This document shows, piece after piece, positions 52,552 to 64,000 of a stretch of 64,000 bases of DNA (its first letter is position 1; each line of letters opens with the position of its first letter). The position numbers were made by a program, and so were the translations under genes. The stretch lies in the NCBI GenBank assembly GCA_043228905.1, contig JBHGNT010000020.1:7254001-7318000 (forward strand), given 5' to 3'. The notes beneath the pieces were generated by a model. It was not told the origin of the DNA, did not search any database, and saw only the letters and a list, made by a program, of their open reading frames with translations. This stretch comes from Azolla caroliniana. Its lineage: Eukaryota; Plantae; Polypodiophyta.

Positions 52552-55500
52552 CCGTCATGTCAGATGTAGCCGGTCCTTGCAATCGACTCCTCTTGACATC
52601 CTACTCCCTGGCTCGCTTTCCACGTCCAGTCTGTGTTATCCGTGGGCCAGCAAGAACAAAATGTGAAAACGACCATGGAGGACAAAGGTGAAAGGGACAC
52701 TTAGGACGAATGTGAAAAGACCAAAAGGAGCCGCACACTATCAACTGAAGGTAGAAGCCGAATATCGAGGAGTGGTTGGGAAGCACCAAGCAAAGGAAAG
52801 GCTATATAATTGAGAAGGGGTGAATACAGAAGGGGGGGGGGGGGGGGTACCAGAGCATATACAAAATAGGAGTCCCTAGAACCAACTTAGCCTAGTTCTA
52901 GATTAGTACTGAGTGAGTAAGCAATACCGATTCTACTTGGTCATTGTATATGTATCTTAAAATACATGTTGCAGTAATCAAATACATATATACTTGTGTC
53001 AATCTCTATGTTTGTCTCATTTTCGATCTATCTCTACTTGCTTACGTTTGGTCTATAAGGCATATGTACCAATTGGTTGTGGCAGTGTTAATCTAAATCG
53101 GTCATAACGATCAAACCCCTACTCGGGCTCCTACTCCCTACGCACCACGATTCCTTGACCCGATTACTCAGTAGGAGTAATCGAAGGTGTTCTCTAGGAG
53201 GGAGCAACACAATTTGGCACGCCCGGTTCACATTGTGAGGCCACAGCAAATAACATGTAGGAGAAACCCCATCTGCCATGACGGCACCCACCCGAGGCAC
53301 ACGCACTCGACTAATGTCCCGACGTGCCGACCAAGCTGAAGGCACTTCCGAATCAACTCTCACAGAGACATCACCACCGCATCAATCACCGCCGCTAGCG
53401 TCAGACACCCACTCAATTGCGGGTCCCGACCCCACCTCATCTGGTAGCACCTCCGAAGTGAACCAAACTGAAGAAAACCCCTTCCCAGTGATATCGGAAG
53501 ACCCTGACTTCGGCACGATGCCGTATCAGTATTAGAGATACACATATAGCCCTAATGCGAAGTCACACATTCGATCTTTCTTGTCCACTTGGCAAGCAAA
53601 CCATTCGACACAATGCTTGACCACTACCGAGGCCAAATCATCGAAAATCACAAACGGAGTTCACATTATCCCTTGAGTGGCCAACAACATGTTGGTACTC
53701 CTGGCATGATTTGGGGGAGTTCTCTAGCTTTCAAGACGTTTGTGATCGCATCCTCCCGTTGTTCCATCGGGAAATAGCCAAGCAGGAATTACTCCGCCAA
53801 TTTTACGTAGTCGCACAAGAGCCGAACGAAACGGTTCCACAATTCATGATTCTCTTTCAGGACCTATACCAACAGCTCTCCTAGGATGTCTTAGCTGACC
53901 ATCTGAAAGACACTTTCCTCGTGGGTCTACGAGAGCCTCTCCGCACCACCTTAGCTCTCGTCGACTTATCTCAACAAAAGATCGAGCAAGTTGTCGATCG
54001 CGTACTCACCATGAACAAGGCCCAAAATAGCAGCTCCTTTACGATGAGCTCTCTCCAAGGCGCCTTGTCGACATAAGAGGAAGCCCTATTCTGGCAAGCT
54101 ATGCAATGCACTACATGCTTGAATCCTGGCCACTCGGTAGTAGACTACACGTTGTGTCCACATTGCCTAATCTACCTTTCCTGAGATCACACAGTGGAGC
54201 AATGTGAATACAATATGCTCAATCGCATTGTCGTCGCCCTGGTCAGGCAGATCGAGCCCCGTCGCGATCATTCCCGACATGATGATCATGCCAGACCATC
54301 ACCCCAATTTCGGGACGCCGAGCGACCTCGTTGCGACGATTGCTATCGGCCAGAGGAGGATAATTATCAGCTAGTGGAGGACCACTAGAGGCGAACGGAG
54401 GACCATTATCATTACGACTATGATCATGCCGACGATTATGAGCCTAGATACTATCCTGACCGACAGTAGGACCGATGACATCCCCATAATAATCATGGTC
54501 CCAATAATCGCCAACAAGGCAATAATCGGCACCCCTTGGACAATCGGCGCCACGATAACCCTCAGGCAGATAATCGGCGCCTTCCTCCCCACACTGAGCC
54601 GAGTGATGATCACCGACGAGCACGGGAATATGAGATGCCGCCCCAAAACGACCCTCCTCGGCAAGCTCAATCGGCTCACTTCGAGCAAGGTGAATCCAAC
54701 ACATCTACTCTAGTCACTTGTTTCAACTATAATCAACCGGGACACTACGCTACCCAATGTCCAGCAAAAGATCGCAAAAAAGGTCTCACAGTGAACTTCA
54801 TCACGGCCAAGGTACATCAAGTCACGACATGGAGCAAGGCACAACAAGCACAGTGGGAAGTTATAGGACGAGGTTCACCAAGCCGCCAAGGAATGGATTC
54901 AAAAGGCCAACAATGCGAATGAATACCAAAATGAAGGACATCACAATCGGTGCTTCTTTATCCTCAACACTCACCGAACTTCCTGACGAGGATCCGATCT
55001 GGCAAGCGCTCACCAGTTTCCAGATATCAATGCCCCTCAATTAGCTGCTTTATTTACTACCACACTTCAAGGACACGATGGTATCCTTGACTACCGACAA
55101 GGAACAACCGAACGTGCCGATCCACCTTGCCGAGGCAAGCAAAGGCCCACCAGTAATGGATGTGCAGAACCCCGTTGTCAATTTAATAATCAAAGGATGT
55201 GAGATAAGTGGGTGCATAATCAATGGAGAATCCGGAGTCAACGTTATTAGCGAGGGAACCTGCAGATCTTTTGGCCTTACACAATGGGAACCTTGCCCAT
55301 TTTGTTTGCGTATGGCGGATACCCGTTCCGTCCGACCACTCAGCCTGATTCATAAAACTCGATTTCGTCCTTGACAACCACACCTTCATGATCTCAACTA
55401 TGATTTTACGGCTAGATGCTCCTGGTGCTTACCCAATACTACTTGGTCGTCCTTGGTTACGCACCCTAAACAATAAACAACAATGGCAGCGCAACATGAT

Positions 55501-58006
55501 CTCTTTCCACCGAAGAAAGAACAAGGTTCGCATCGCCACGAAAGAGCAAGTCCCCATGCCGAAGGACGCCACCCCACTATATGCCGAAGGTGTCCTGCTA
55601 GATGGCTTAGCAGATGACGAAGTCAACAGCTTCCTCAAGGATCACCCAAAGATCTTCCCTCTATTCTACATTGATATCATGGAAGTCGTCAGCCCGTATG
55701 TTTCCGAACCAACAGAGGGTGATCAAGACGTCGATCGAGAACCTAACCCGAAATCGATGGAAGAGTTACGACATGCCAGAGAAGCTCTCAAGCGAGAATT
55801 GGTGATTTCACAACGAGTAAAGGCATCGACACTCAAAGACATAAGCCTCGGCACAAATGAGGACCCACGGTTGTTAAAAATAGCCAAAGAACTCACACAC
55901 GATGAGCGATCGGCTCTGATAAGCTTGCTCTCATATTACAAAGTTGTTTTTGCTTGGTTATATAGTGACATGAAAGGTTTAGATCCTCGATACTAACAAC
56001 ATCAAATCCATCTTAAACAAGATGCTAGAACAATACAACAGCGCCGATATAGGATGAACCCCAATTACGCGACCAAGGTCAAAGAAGAAATCGACAAAAT
56101 CCTTGGAGTTGGGTTCATTCGGCCTATTAAACGGGCCACGTGGCTTAGCCCAATTGTCGTCGTTCCAAAGAAAACGGCAAAATTCAGGTGTGCATTGATT
56201 ATTGGAAACTGAATGTAGAAACCATTACCGATGCATTTCCTCTTCATATTGGATGTAGTGCCTAGCCACGAAAGGTACATCTTTCTAGATGGGTTCAGTG
56301 GATATAATCAGATCCGAATGCACCTTGAGGACCAGGAAAAGACAACATTGATGACTGACTGGGGCGTTTTTGTGGTAGTAGTCATGATGTTCAGGCTTAA
56401 GACAGCGCCAACCACATTTCAACATATCATCATCGAGATTTTTGATGAGTATATTCCGGCCTTCATGCAAGTATTTCTAGACGATTTTGTTGTTTATGGC
56501 CAGCAACTGGAGCATCTCGACCAGTTACACCTCTGCTTCAAATGATGTCGGTAAGCCAGGCTAAGCCTTAATCCAACAAAATATGCATTTAACGTATTGA
56601 GTGGTGCCCTACTTGGGCATATCATGAGCCGAGAGGGGATAGCAATGGACCCAGACAAAGTAAATACCATCCTGGTTTCCCTGGCTCCGACCACTGCAAA
56701 GGCTCTTAGCCGGTTTTTAGGACAAATTCAATGGCATAGCTGAATGCTACGATACTTGGCCGATTTCGCGATGCCGCTACATGCGGCGATTCAAAAAACT
56801 CCTTTCTAATGGACAGCAACAGACGATGAAGCATACAAGGCCCTTAAGATCATGCTATCTCACGCACTGATTGTGCAACCACCCGATTGGTCACAACCCT
56901 TCCACGTTTTCGTCGACGCATCCGACGTGGCCATCGGGAGTGCTTTAATGCATATGACACCTCCGAATTGGTACCGACCCATCTACTATGCCAGCCGACG
57001 TCTCTCAGCTGCCGAAAGAAATTATTTGACCATGGAGAGAGAAGCACTCGGCATGATCTACAACATTACCAAGTTTTGGTACTATCTTCTCAACCAAAAA
57101 TTCAAATTCCATGTCAATCACTCACCTATGTTATACTTGGTAACAAAACAATCATTGAGCCAAAGGTTGGCTCGATGGATGTTGCTCTTACAAAAGTTTG
57201 AATTCAAGATACATCATCGCCCTGGGGTACAACACACGGTAGCCAACTACCTCAGTTGTCTCGAATCGGGAGAACCAACCGAAAACGTTTACAACAATCT
57301 CCCCAATGCCGACATTTTCAGAATTGCACCCACACTACCGAATCCGGAATCCGACGATGAGTGGATTGATGGAATGATATACTTCCTCAACACTGGTCTT
57401 CCACCCGAAAACCTATCCCTTGATGCAAAGAAGCGGTTGGCAGTCCGAAGTCAGAACTTATGTCTCCTAACCAACACATTATACCACAAAGGCTCAAACG
57501 GAATCTAGCATCGAGCAGTTCAGAAATTCAAAAAAGACACCATCCTCCGAGAAGCCCATTATGGAATCACTAGGGTACACTACGCAGGCGATACGATAGC
57601 TAGAAAGGTTTGGTAGAGCAGTTTATGGTGGCCAACAACACAAAAGGATGGCCACAAATTATGTTGTCAATGCAACCTCTGCCAAGGCATGGGTCAACCG
57701 AGTGAGCGAACGTGAATGCCCCACCAGATGATCCGTCCACTCGAACCATTCCAAAAGTGGGCGTTGGATTTTGTCGGTTCATTCAAACCGGTCGCGGCCC
57801 AAACTGGTAATCAATACATTATCGTCGCGACCGATAACTACACGAAGTGGATCATGCAAAGGCGCTTCGGGATAACACAATTGCCTCGACAACGAAATTC
57901 ATTTATGAATGCCTCTAGTGATGATTTGGCTGCCCAATCGAGTTAGTGAGCAATTGGGTGGACATTTCGTCAACAAAATTATTCGGGAGCTCACAACACA
58001 TTACGC

Positions 58007-58548
58007 TATCGCGTTGTTACGCGCGTGCATGTAGAAGGGGCGGGACCGCGGGGATCTTGGACTAGGGAGTAGAGGAGAAAGGATAGGACATGATATGGAG
58101 GCTTAGCTCAAGAGGAGAAGAGGAAAGAATAAGACCACGACATCGAAGGAGAGATCGGCAGAGGCAAGATGCTCAACAAGTTATGTTAAAACAACGAACG
58201 GTTACAACAGTGGTGGCCGCCATGGCCGCACCAAAATGACTATCCGAAAACCCTAAAGGGAAACCCAAGAAGAAAACCCTAACCGAAACCCTAACCCTAA
58301 ACGAAAAGGGAAGAGGGAGAACCCCTCGACTAAGTGGTATACCTTACTCGCACAAAATAGGCAACCCCTTCATAAGTGAACCCTCCCCTCCTTTTATAGC
58401 CCAAGGAGGGAGGGACCTTACAATGTGGGACAAAAATGTCCCCTCTCTCTCTATACACCATATCCTAGTATACATGTGCACAGGTTGCACACCACCGACT
58501 TGCCCCTTCCACCCCGGTTTCCGCCCATGGACGAAAATCTTCACGACA
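58007..58548 (-). mobile_element. Solo LTR of the element-D family inserted in the integrase of B
   Basis: Clear homology to 43801-44329; perfect 4-bp TSD ACGC. Confidence 0.9.
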
Positions 58549-59836
58549 ACGCGGAGGTACATAAGAAGCACACATTACTATCCACAAGCAAATTTCCTGG
58601 CCGAATCGACAAATAAGACGCTCCAGACCATCCTTAAAATAATCATGAATGAAAATCGAACCGACTAGGATGACAAGCTGAACAACGCACTTTGGGCTTA
58701 TTGCAAAACCTTCAAGACTAGCATTAAGTCCACGCCTTTTCTATTGGCATTTGGATTAGAAGTCTTCATGTCGATTGAATTCCAAGTGCCAAGCTTATGC
58801 CTGCAGATCTCAGAATGACTCCCCAAAACTGAGTCAGAACAGAAACAACTTGAACAACTACTCGAACTTGGGGAAGATCGGTTTGCTAGTCCCAGCTATC
58901 TGGAGCACGGTCAGTGCCGGCATAAAGCATTCGCCGATTGTCATCGAAAAGGGAATGAGAAATCATTCGGAATCGGCAAGGCAGTTCTGGTGTTTCAAAC
59001 TCGGCTCGGCTCGATGCCGGGGAAGCTCTAGTTTCAATGGACAAATCCGTTCTAGATAATCGATGAATTCAACGGAACCTTTCAACTCGGGAAATTAGCC
59101 GGAGATATCATGTTAAAATGGGTCAATGGGTTCTGATGGAAGCCATATTTCGGCCATACCCCTCCCACCCATTTTTGGACAGACAGCGCAACCCTAGTCG
59201 ACCTGAGGTAGGTGACACGGTGACTCACGAGGATACGTCGCCCCAATTACGGTAACTACCCCACCTACCCGAAAATGTATATCTAGTGTATATTCAGTGA
59301 AAAAAACAACCCACTAAGTTGAGTATTTAAAGAGCATGCACATCTAGCGAGGAAAAGAAAGTACACATCATTTTTGTTGCGTGGAATTAATAGAAGGAAT
59401 GGTAGGGAAGATTCTGAATCTAGGGCATAAGGCTGCACCTCGGGAACAACATCCTCAACAAAAAGCGGTTCCAAAGAGGCCAAAACCTCACTTACACACA
59501 GAAGCATTGAGCCCTCAAGTCTCCTCTCCAAGCTCCCCGCCTTCCCGACTCTCTATGTAGAAGGCTTCTCTTCCCTCTCTCCCCAAACTACAGTACTCAC
59601 CATGCCAATCGAAGCTTCCATGGAACTCCGCACCTGGCTGCGCTGGCACGGTCTAGGTGGATACCTGAAAGTTGCATACGCGCCGCCTCACCCTTACTCG
59701 TAGGAAATCAACTTGCAATTGCACCCGGACACCATCGTAGATGACCAGATACTATCGGTATTAGGTTTGAAACAAGGGGGCCATCATGAGATCAAGGTTC
59801 CACCCCAACATGTCCTCGAAGCTCATTTTGGGGAAT

Positions 59837-60641
59837 CAAGTTTGTTAGGTACGTTAGATACGGTACGGATACCATACATATATAACGTATTAATACGGGT
59901 ATAGTACCTCCCAATTTAAAAATACGTTAAATACATTTTTTAATATGTTAAATACTTATACAATACGTTAAATACGTATTTTACGTATAGTACGTTAAAT
60001 ACTTCTAGAATTTGAATATTATTTACCTTTCTAAAAGATATTTGTAATATTGTAAAAAACATCTATGTTTACACAATTTTGTGATGTACATTATAGTTCT
60101 ACATCCTAAAATGCATATAAGACATTTGAACATTTCACATCCTAAAATACTTATAATATGGATGTCGACATTTTCACTTATTCTATAAATCAATGTAACT
60201 GTGTATCACGATGTTCTATTTCAAATTGTAATTATTTACGATTATGGCTTCATTTGATTGAGGAATCGTCTATGATTATCACACTTAGGATAGGTTTCTG
60301 TCTTCTTCTTCTATCTTTTGTGATTATCACAGTCAGAGTTTGGATAGGTTTCTCTCTTCTTTTCTCTCTTCTTCCTCTTCGTCATCTCTTCTATTCTTCT
60401 TTCTCCCTTCTTTTTGCTTCTTTTTCACTAGAATCTTTTTTTCTTTTGCTTTTTGTTGGGGTTCTACTTACATTCTTTTATAAATACGTAATATACCTGG
60501 TTTCTCAAATGTACGTTAATACTGTATTGGACAAATGTACATGATATTTGAATGAACAACATTGAGGTATAGTACGTACTATACAAATTATGAGGTACTA
60601 TACATATTTAAACGTTAAATACGAGTACGTAAAAAACCATG
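59837..60641. mobile_element. Non-autonomous hAT-like DNA transposon (MITE)
   Basis: 8-bp TSD TGGGGAAT/CGGGGAAT; imperfect TIRs CAAGTTTGTT.../...AAAAACCATG; subterminal TACGTTA repeats; host ORF restored (AHFGE|YSVSAK) on removal. Confidence 0.75.
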
Positions 60642-60895
60642 CGGGGAATACTCCGTCTCGGCCAAGGCCTATCGCACACAGGGCGGGCCGAACGCATTCT
60701 TTGGAGACGTGGCCAAGTTCCTACTGGAGGTCGCCTATGTGCACGCCACCCATAACGGCATACCCAAAAAGAGGGCAAGAATCATCATCACCACATACGC
60801 GGGCCGCGTAATTGATTGGGGGTCTATCACGGGGGAAGGCATCCGAGCTAGCCTTTTAGGTTTGCATGCAGGGAAGAAGTTAATACAAGCCCTAG

Positions 60896-61255
60896 TGTTA
60901 CTTCTGGGCTGGACTTAGCCACTAACACTGGGTATTCCCTTCCGGAATACACCTCCAAAGGGTGATCAGAGATATGGATGGTGATTCTCCAATCTGGCAC
61001 TTATCACTATCCGATTACTTTCCAGAACACTTATAGCGTATCCAGCACTCAATTACACGCGTAAGATAAGGATTTAACGCACAGATGGCAAATACACAAG
61101 ATAAATCACACAGCAGAGAAATAGAATAGACAATGGATACTTTAACTTGCATTACTTTCTGTAAAGATACATTGATCCAACTGTGTTACTCCTTCCGTCC
61201 TTAACTCTTCCCGGTCCACACCTCCGCCTCCGAATCATACTCTCCTAGGCCAACA
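60896..61255 (-). mobile_element. Solo LTR (360 bp)
   Basis: TGTTA...CAACA; 5-bp TSD CCTAG. Confidence 0.8.
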
Positions 61256-62033
61256 CCTAGCACATTACCTATTTGTGCTATACCCACCCCACTCCATAGC
61301 GGCTCTTCGGAGAACCCTCACCCTCCTTACCCTGCCCACCCAAAACAAGTGAGAACATGCATTGTAGTTTGCCCAGGACGAATGGCAGGATGTCACTCCT
61401 GCCCAAACACTGATAGGCACCATCAACGCAACAACACCAGTCGAGGATATCACCATCCGGGGTCGCAACACACCTAAACCATCAGTTCCAGTGGCGACGC
61501 CCCCAGCCAACCCTACACATCCTTCGACAAGAACTCCAGGAGGGTTTAGAGAACTCTGCCATCCCCGACATGGCTCTGTCTCAACCAAGGACTTTAGCGA
61601 ATGGACAAGCTTCTTAGATCTCAGACGATGCCATGTTGACCTTTCAAGACCTGCCAACCAAAGCTTATGAGCTCGGTGTGATTTTACGCCATGGTTCTTC
61701 CTACGAGCTCGTAGATTTCCTCCCTCGACTCTAGGTAGCAGTCGCGGCATGCATGGCCGAAGAAAATGCAGAAACGCAAATGATCCAACGAGCTCTCGTA
61801 GGAGAACTCGATTCGGACGAAGAACCGACACTGCAGAAAATTGGCTAAAAATGGCAAAACAAGACTAGTCATCTCCTCATTGAGCTGCCAGAGTTAAACA
61901 TGGCCCTCGTAGATGCCTTCTAGGAATTGGACAAAACGACCCGTGAAGTCAAGGATATGGCTATATGTAGCAAAGAGGTGCGCAAGCAAGCCAAGACGGC
62001 GACGGAGCTTTGGGAAGCTTCCAAAGCAAAATT

Positions 62034-62776
62034 TGACAGGAACTACACACTCCTTGCGTAATGCTCAGCCTCAACCGAGCTTAGAATCAAACATAGAAAA
62101 CGGGGAATGAACACACGACACAAAGGAGAGAAGAATACACAGGATGTTTAACGTGGAAAACCCTGAGAGGGAAAAACCACGGGAGTCCACAGACTCCAAA
62201 CTATCACTATATCACAATGATTACAACAGTGACCTCTCAAAGGCAATGACCTCGTGCTCACGATCTTCGCCACAGGCGGCGGTTACAACAGAGGCAACGA
62301 CCTCTTCCTCTCTCTCTCTCTCTCTGTATTACGCGCTCTCTAGTCTTGCACCAACAAGAATGACAACAACTCTATTCTCTGTTTGCCCTAAGTCATATTT
62401 ATACTAATATGACTTTTCGACTATTTACAAATATAGCCCCGATGGACTCTCAGAAACATATTTACAAATATGTCCCTTCATCCGGTGAGCACTTCTCACC
62501 GGGCCTTCACCTTCTGACTCTTGCCGGGTACTCCTCATCCGGTTCACACCGGGTCTTCCGTAGCCGTGTACTCCTCATCCGGTTCACACCAGGTCTTCCG
62601 TAGCCGGGTACTCGTCATCCGGTTCTCACCAGGTCTTCCGTAGCTGGGTACTCGTCATCCGGTTCTCACCAGGTCTTCTGTTGCCGGGTACTCCACATCC
62701 GGTTTCGGCCTCGGCGGAGTTTTCTCATCAGTACTGTTCTTCTCACTTCCCATCCGGAGGGACCTGTTTCCTAACA
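62034..62776 (-). mobile_element. Copia solo LTR with internal 40-bp tandem repeat (62521-62700)
   Basis: Homologous to 2874-3610; TG...CA; TSD AAATT. Confidence 0.9.
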
Positions 62777-64000
62777 AAATTATCGAGCTCAAGTGTCAGC
62801 TCCGAGCAAGAAAAGAGAAGGGTCGGGCCGAACAACCCGCGCTCCCCACTTTCGGCCACATTATGCCTCTGCTCCTCCCAGAATCAGCCATCCCTGAACC
62901 CACCTCAGCTATCCTCCATGAATTAGTTGAAACTCTGTTATCGAAGGCACCCACTCTACTCCCCATAATTGCCGACATGACTGTTGTAACCCATACATTG
63001 CTGCGACAGATTGAGAACATTGCTGCGACAGATTTGGCCATGCTAACAAAGGTGGCCGAAAAGGCCAAAGAACATTATCGTGAGGCCCTCGCTGAACTAG
63101 AGCAACTGCATGCAACCCTCCAAATGGCCCAACATAGAGAGGTCGAATTACAAGCACAATTGGACACAACATTGCAAACAAAGAAGGAGGAGTTCAACAG
63201 AGCCATGGAAGCATAGAAGGCGCAAGCTGCCGAACGCTTGAATAAGCACCAGCAAAATGCGGACCAGACCCTGAGCGTAAAGAAGAAGAGCATGCCACAA
63301 CCTTGCGTGTGCACGCCAACCGAATGGCAGGTGCCATAGAAACGATCGAAGCCGACTTTCAACAATCACTGCAGGATACAATCACCAACTATAAGGAGGC
63401 CCTAAAGGAATCTCAAGAGCGCTACGAGCAACTGGAAAAAGAGAACGACATATCGGTGGTAGAATTCATCAGATTTCACAAACAGTTGCTCGATCTTCGA
63501 ATCCGTGATCGATTGCAACGCGATGAAATTGCAATGTATTGTCAGGAACTCCACGACACCCTACACGCTATCGAATGGGCAAAGCACGAGCTAGCACACC
63601 AACTCGAAGTGGAATGTGATTACTACGACGCTCCAATCACTACTATCTAGGCTCAAATGGAGGAGATGTATAACTCAACACACACACAATTTGAAAGCAT
63701 CCTGAAAGAATGCCAGGTGAATAGTGAAATGGAAAAAACGCAGATTAAAATTTTGCTCCTCAAACACCGGCAACGATTGTACTCCCAGATCATTGACGCC
63801 CTATCTAATAGCTGGAAATCAGGGTTGGCACAGGCGGCCGAATTGCAGATTTTTCGGGCCAACCACGAGAATCGAAAAAAAAGAAGGTTGGGGATTTTTT
63901 AAGATGGACGAAAGTAGCGTCCAAATGCTCTGAGAAGACCTGACAAAGGAATTCTCCTCTCTCGCCCAGGCACATAGTGAGGCAATCGAACAATTACTAT

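Larger units (their letters stand above)
52558..64000 (+). mobile_element. Decayed Tat/Athila-like Gypsy element B: 5' LTR ~52558-53211, Arg-type PBS, gag-pol, 3' accessory ORF with coiled-coil tail
   Basis: PBS TGGCACGCCCGGT at 53215-53227; CFNYNQPGHYATQC knuckle remnant; FLDD RT, RH and INT motifs; many stops. Confidence 0.85.

Noticed and set aside
52832-52847. Poly-G run in the LTR of element B
   Set aside because: Simple homopolymer after the TATA; length prone to sequencing error; no further support
60158-60544. 128-aa hydrophobic, membrane-like ORF
   Set aside because: T/C-rich low-complexity interior of the MITE

Overview
Gene-poor eukaryotic heterochromatin from a land plant, probably a moss. 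The moss call is inferred from plant-type tRNA primer sites and self-priming Tcn1-like chromoviruses. The window has three zones. (1) 1-6056: a nest of minus-strand LTR retrotransposon pieces (tRNA-Trp-primed Gypsy, iMet-primed Copia, Ala-primed Gypsy). (2) ~6060-25520: a 19.5-kb tandem array of a ~967-bp AT-rich monomer. Most monomers carry a complete tRNA-Leu(UAG) gene on the minus strand (about 18 copies). The four right-hand units are near-identical, fold as cloverleaves and show dimeric higher-order structure. (3) 25520-64000: palindromic subterminal repeats and a decayed intron-containing RING-like gene, then deeply nested elements. These are two self-priming chromoviruses (one structurally complete), two decayed Tat/Athila-like Gypsy elements sharing a 3' accessory ORF, a non-autonomous Trp-primed element, several solo LTRs and a hAT-type MITE. 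The most unusual signals are the tRNA-Leu satellite and a tRNA-like A-box/B-box module (43-44 nt spacing) lying antisense in the U3 of five different LTR families from two Gypsy lineages. No intact host protein-coding gene is supported.
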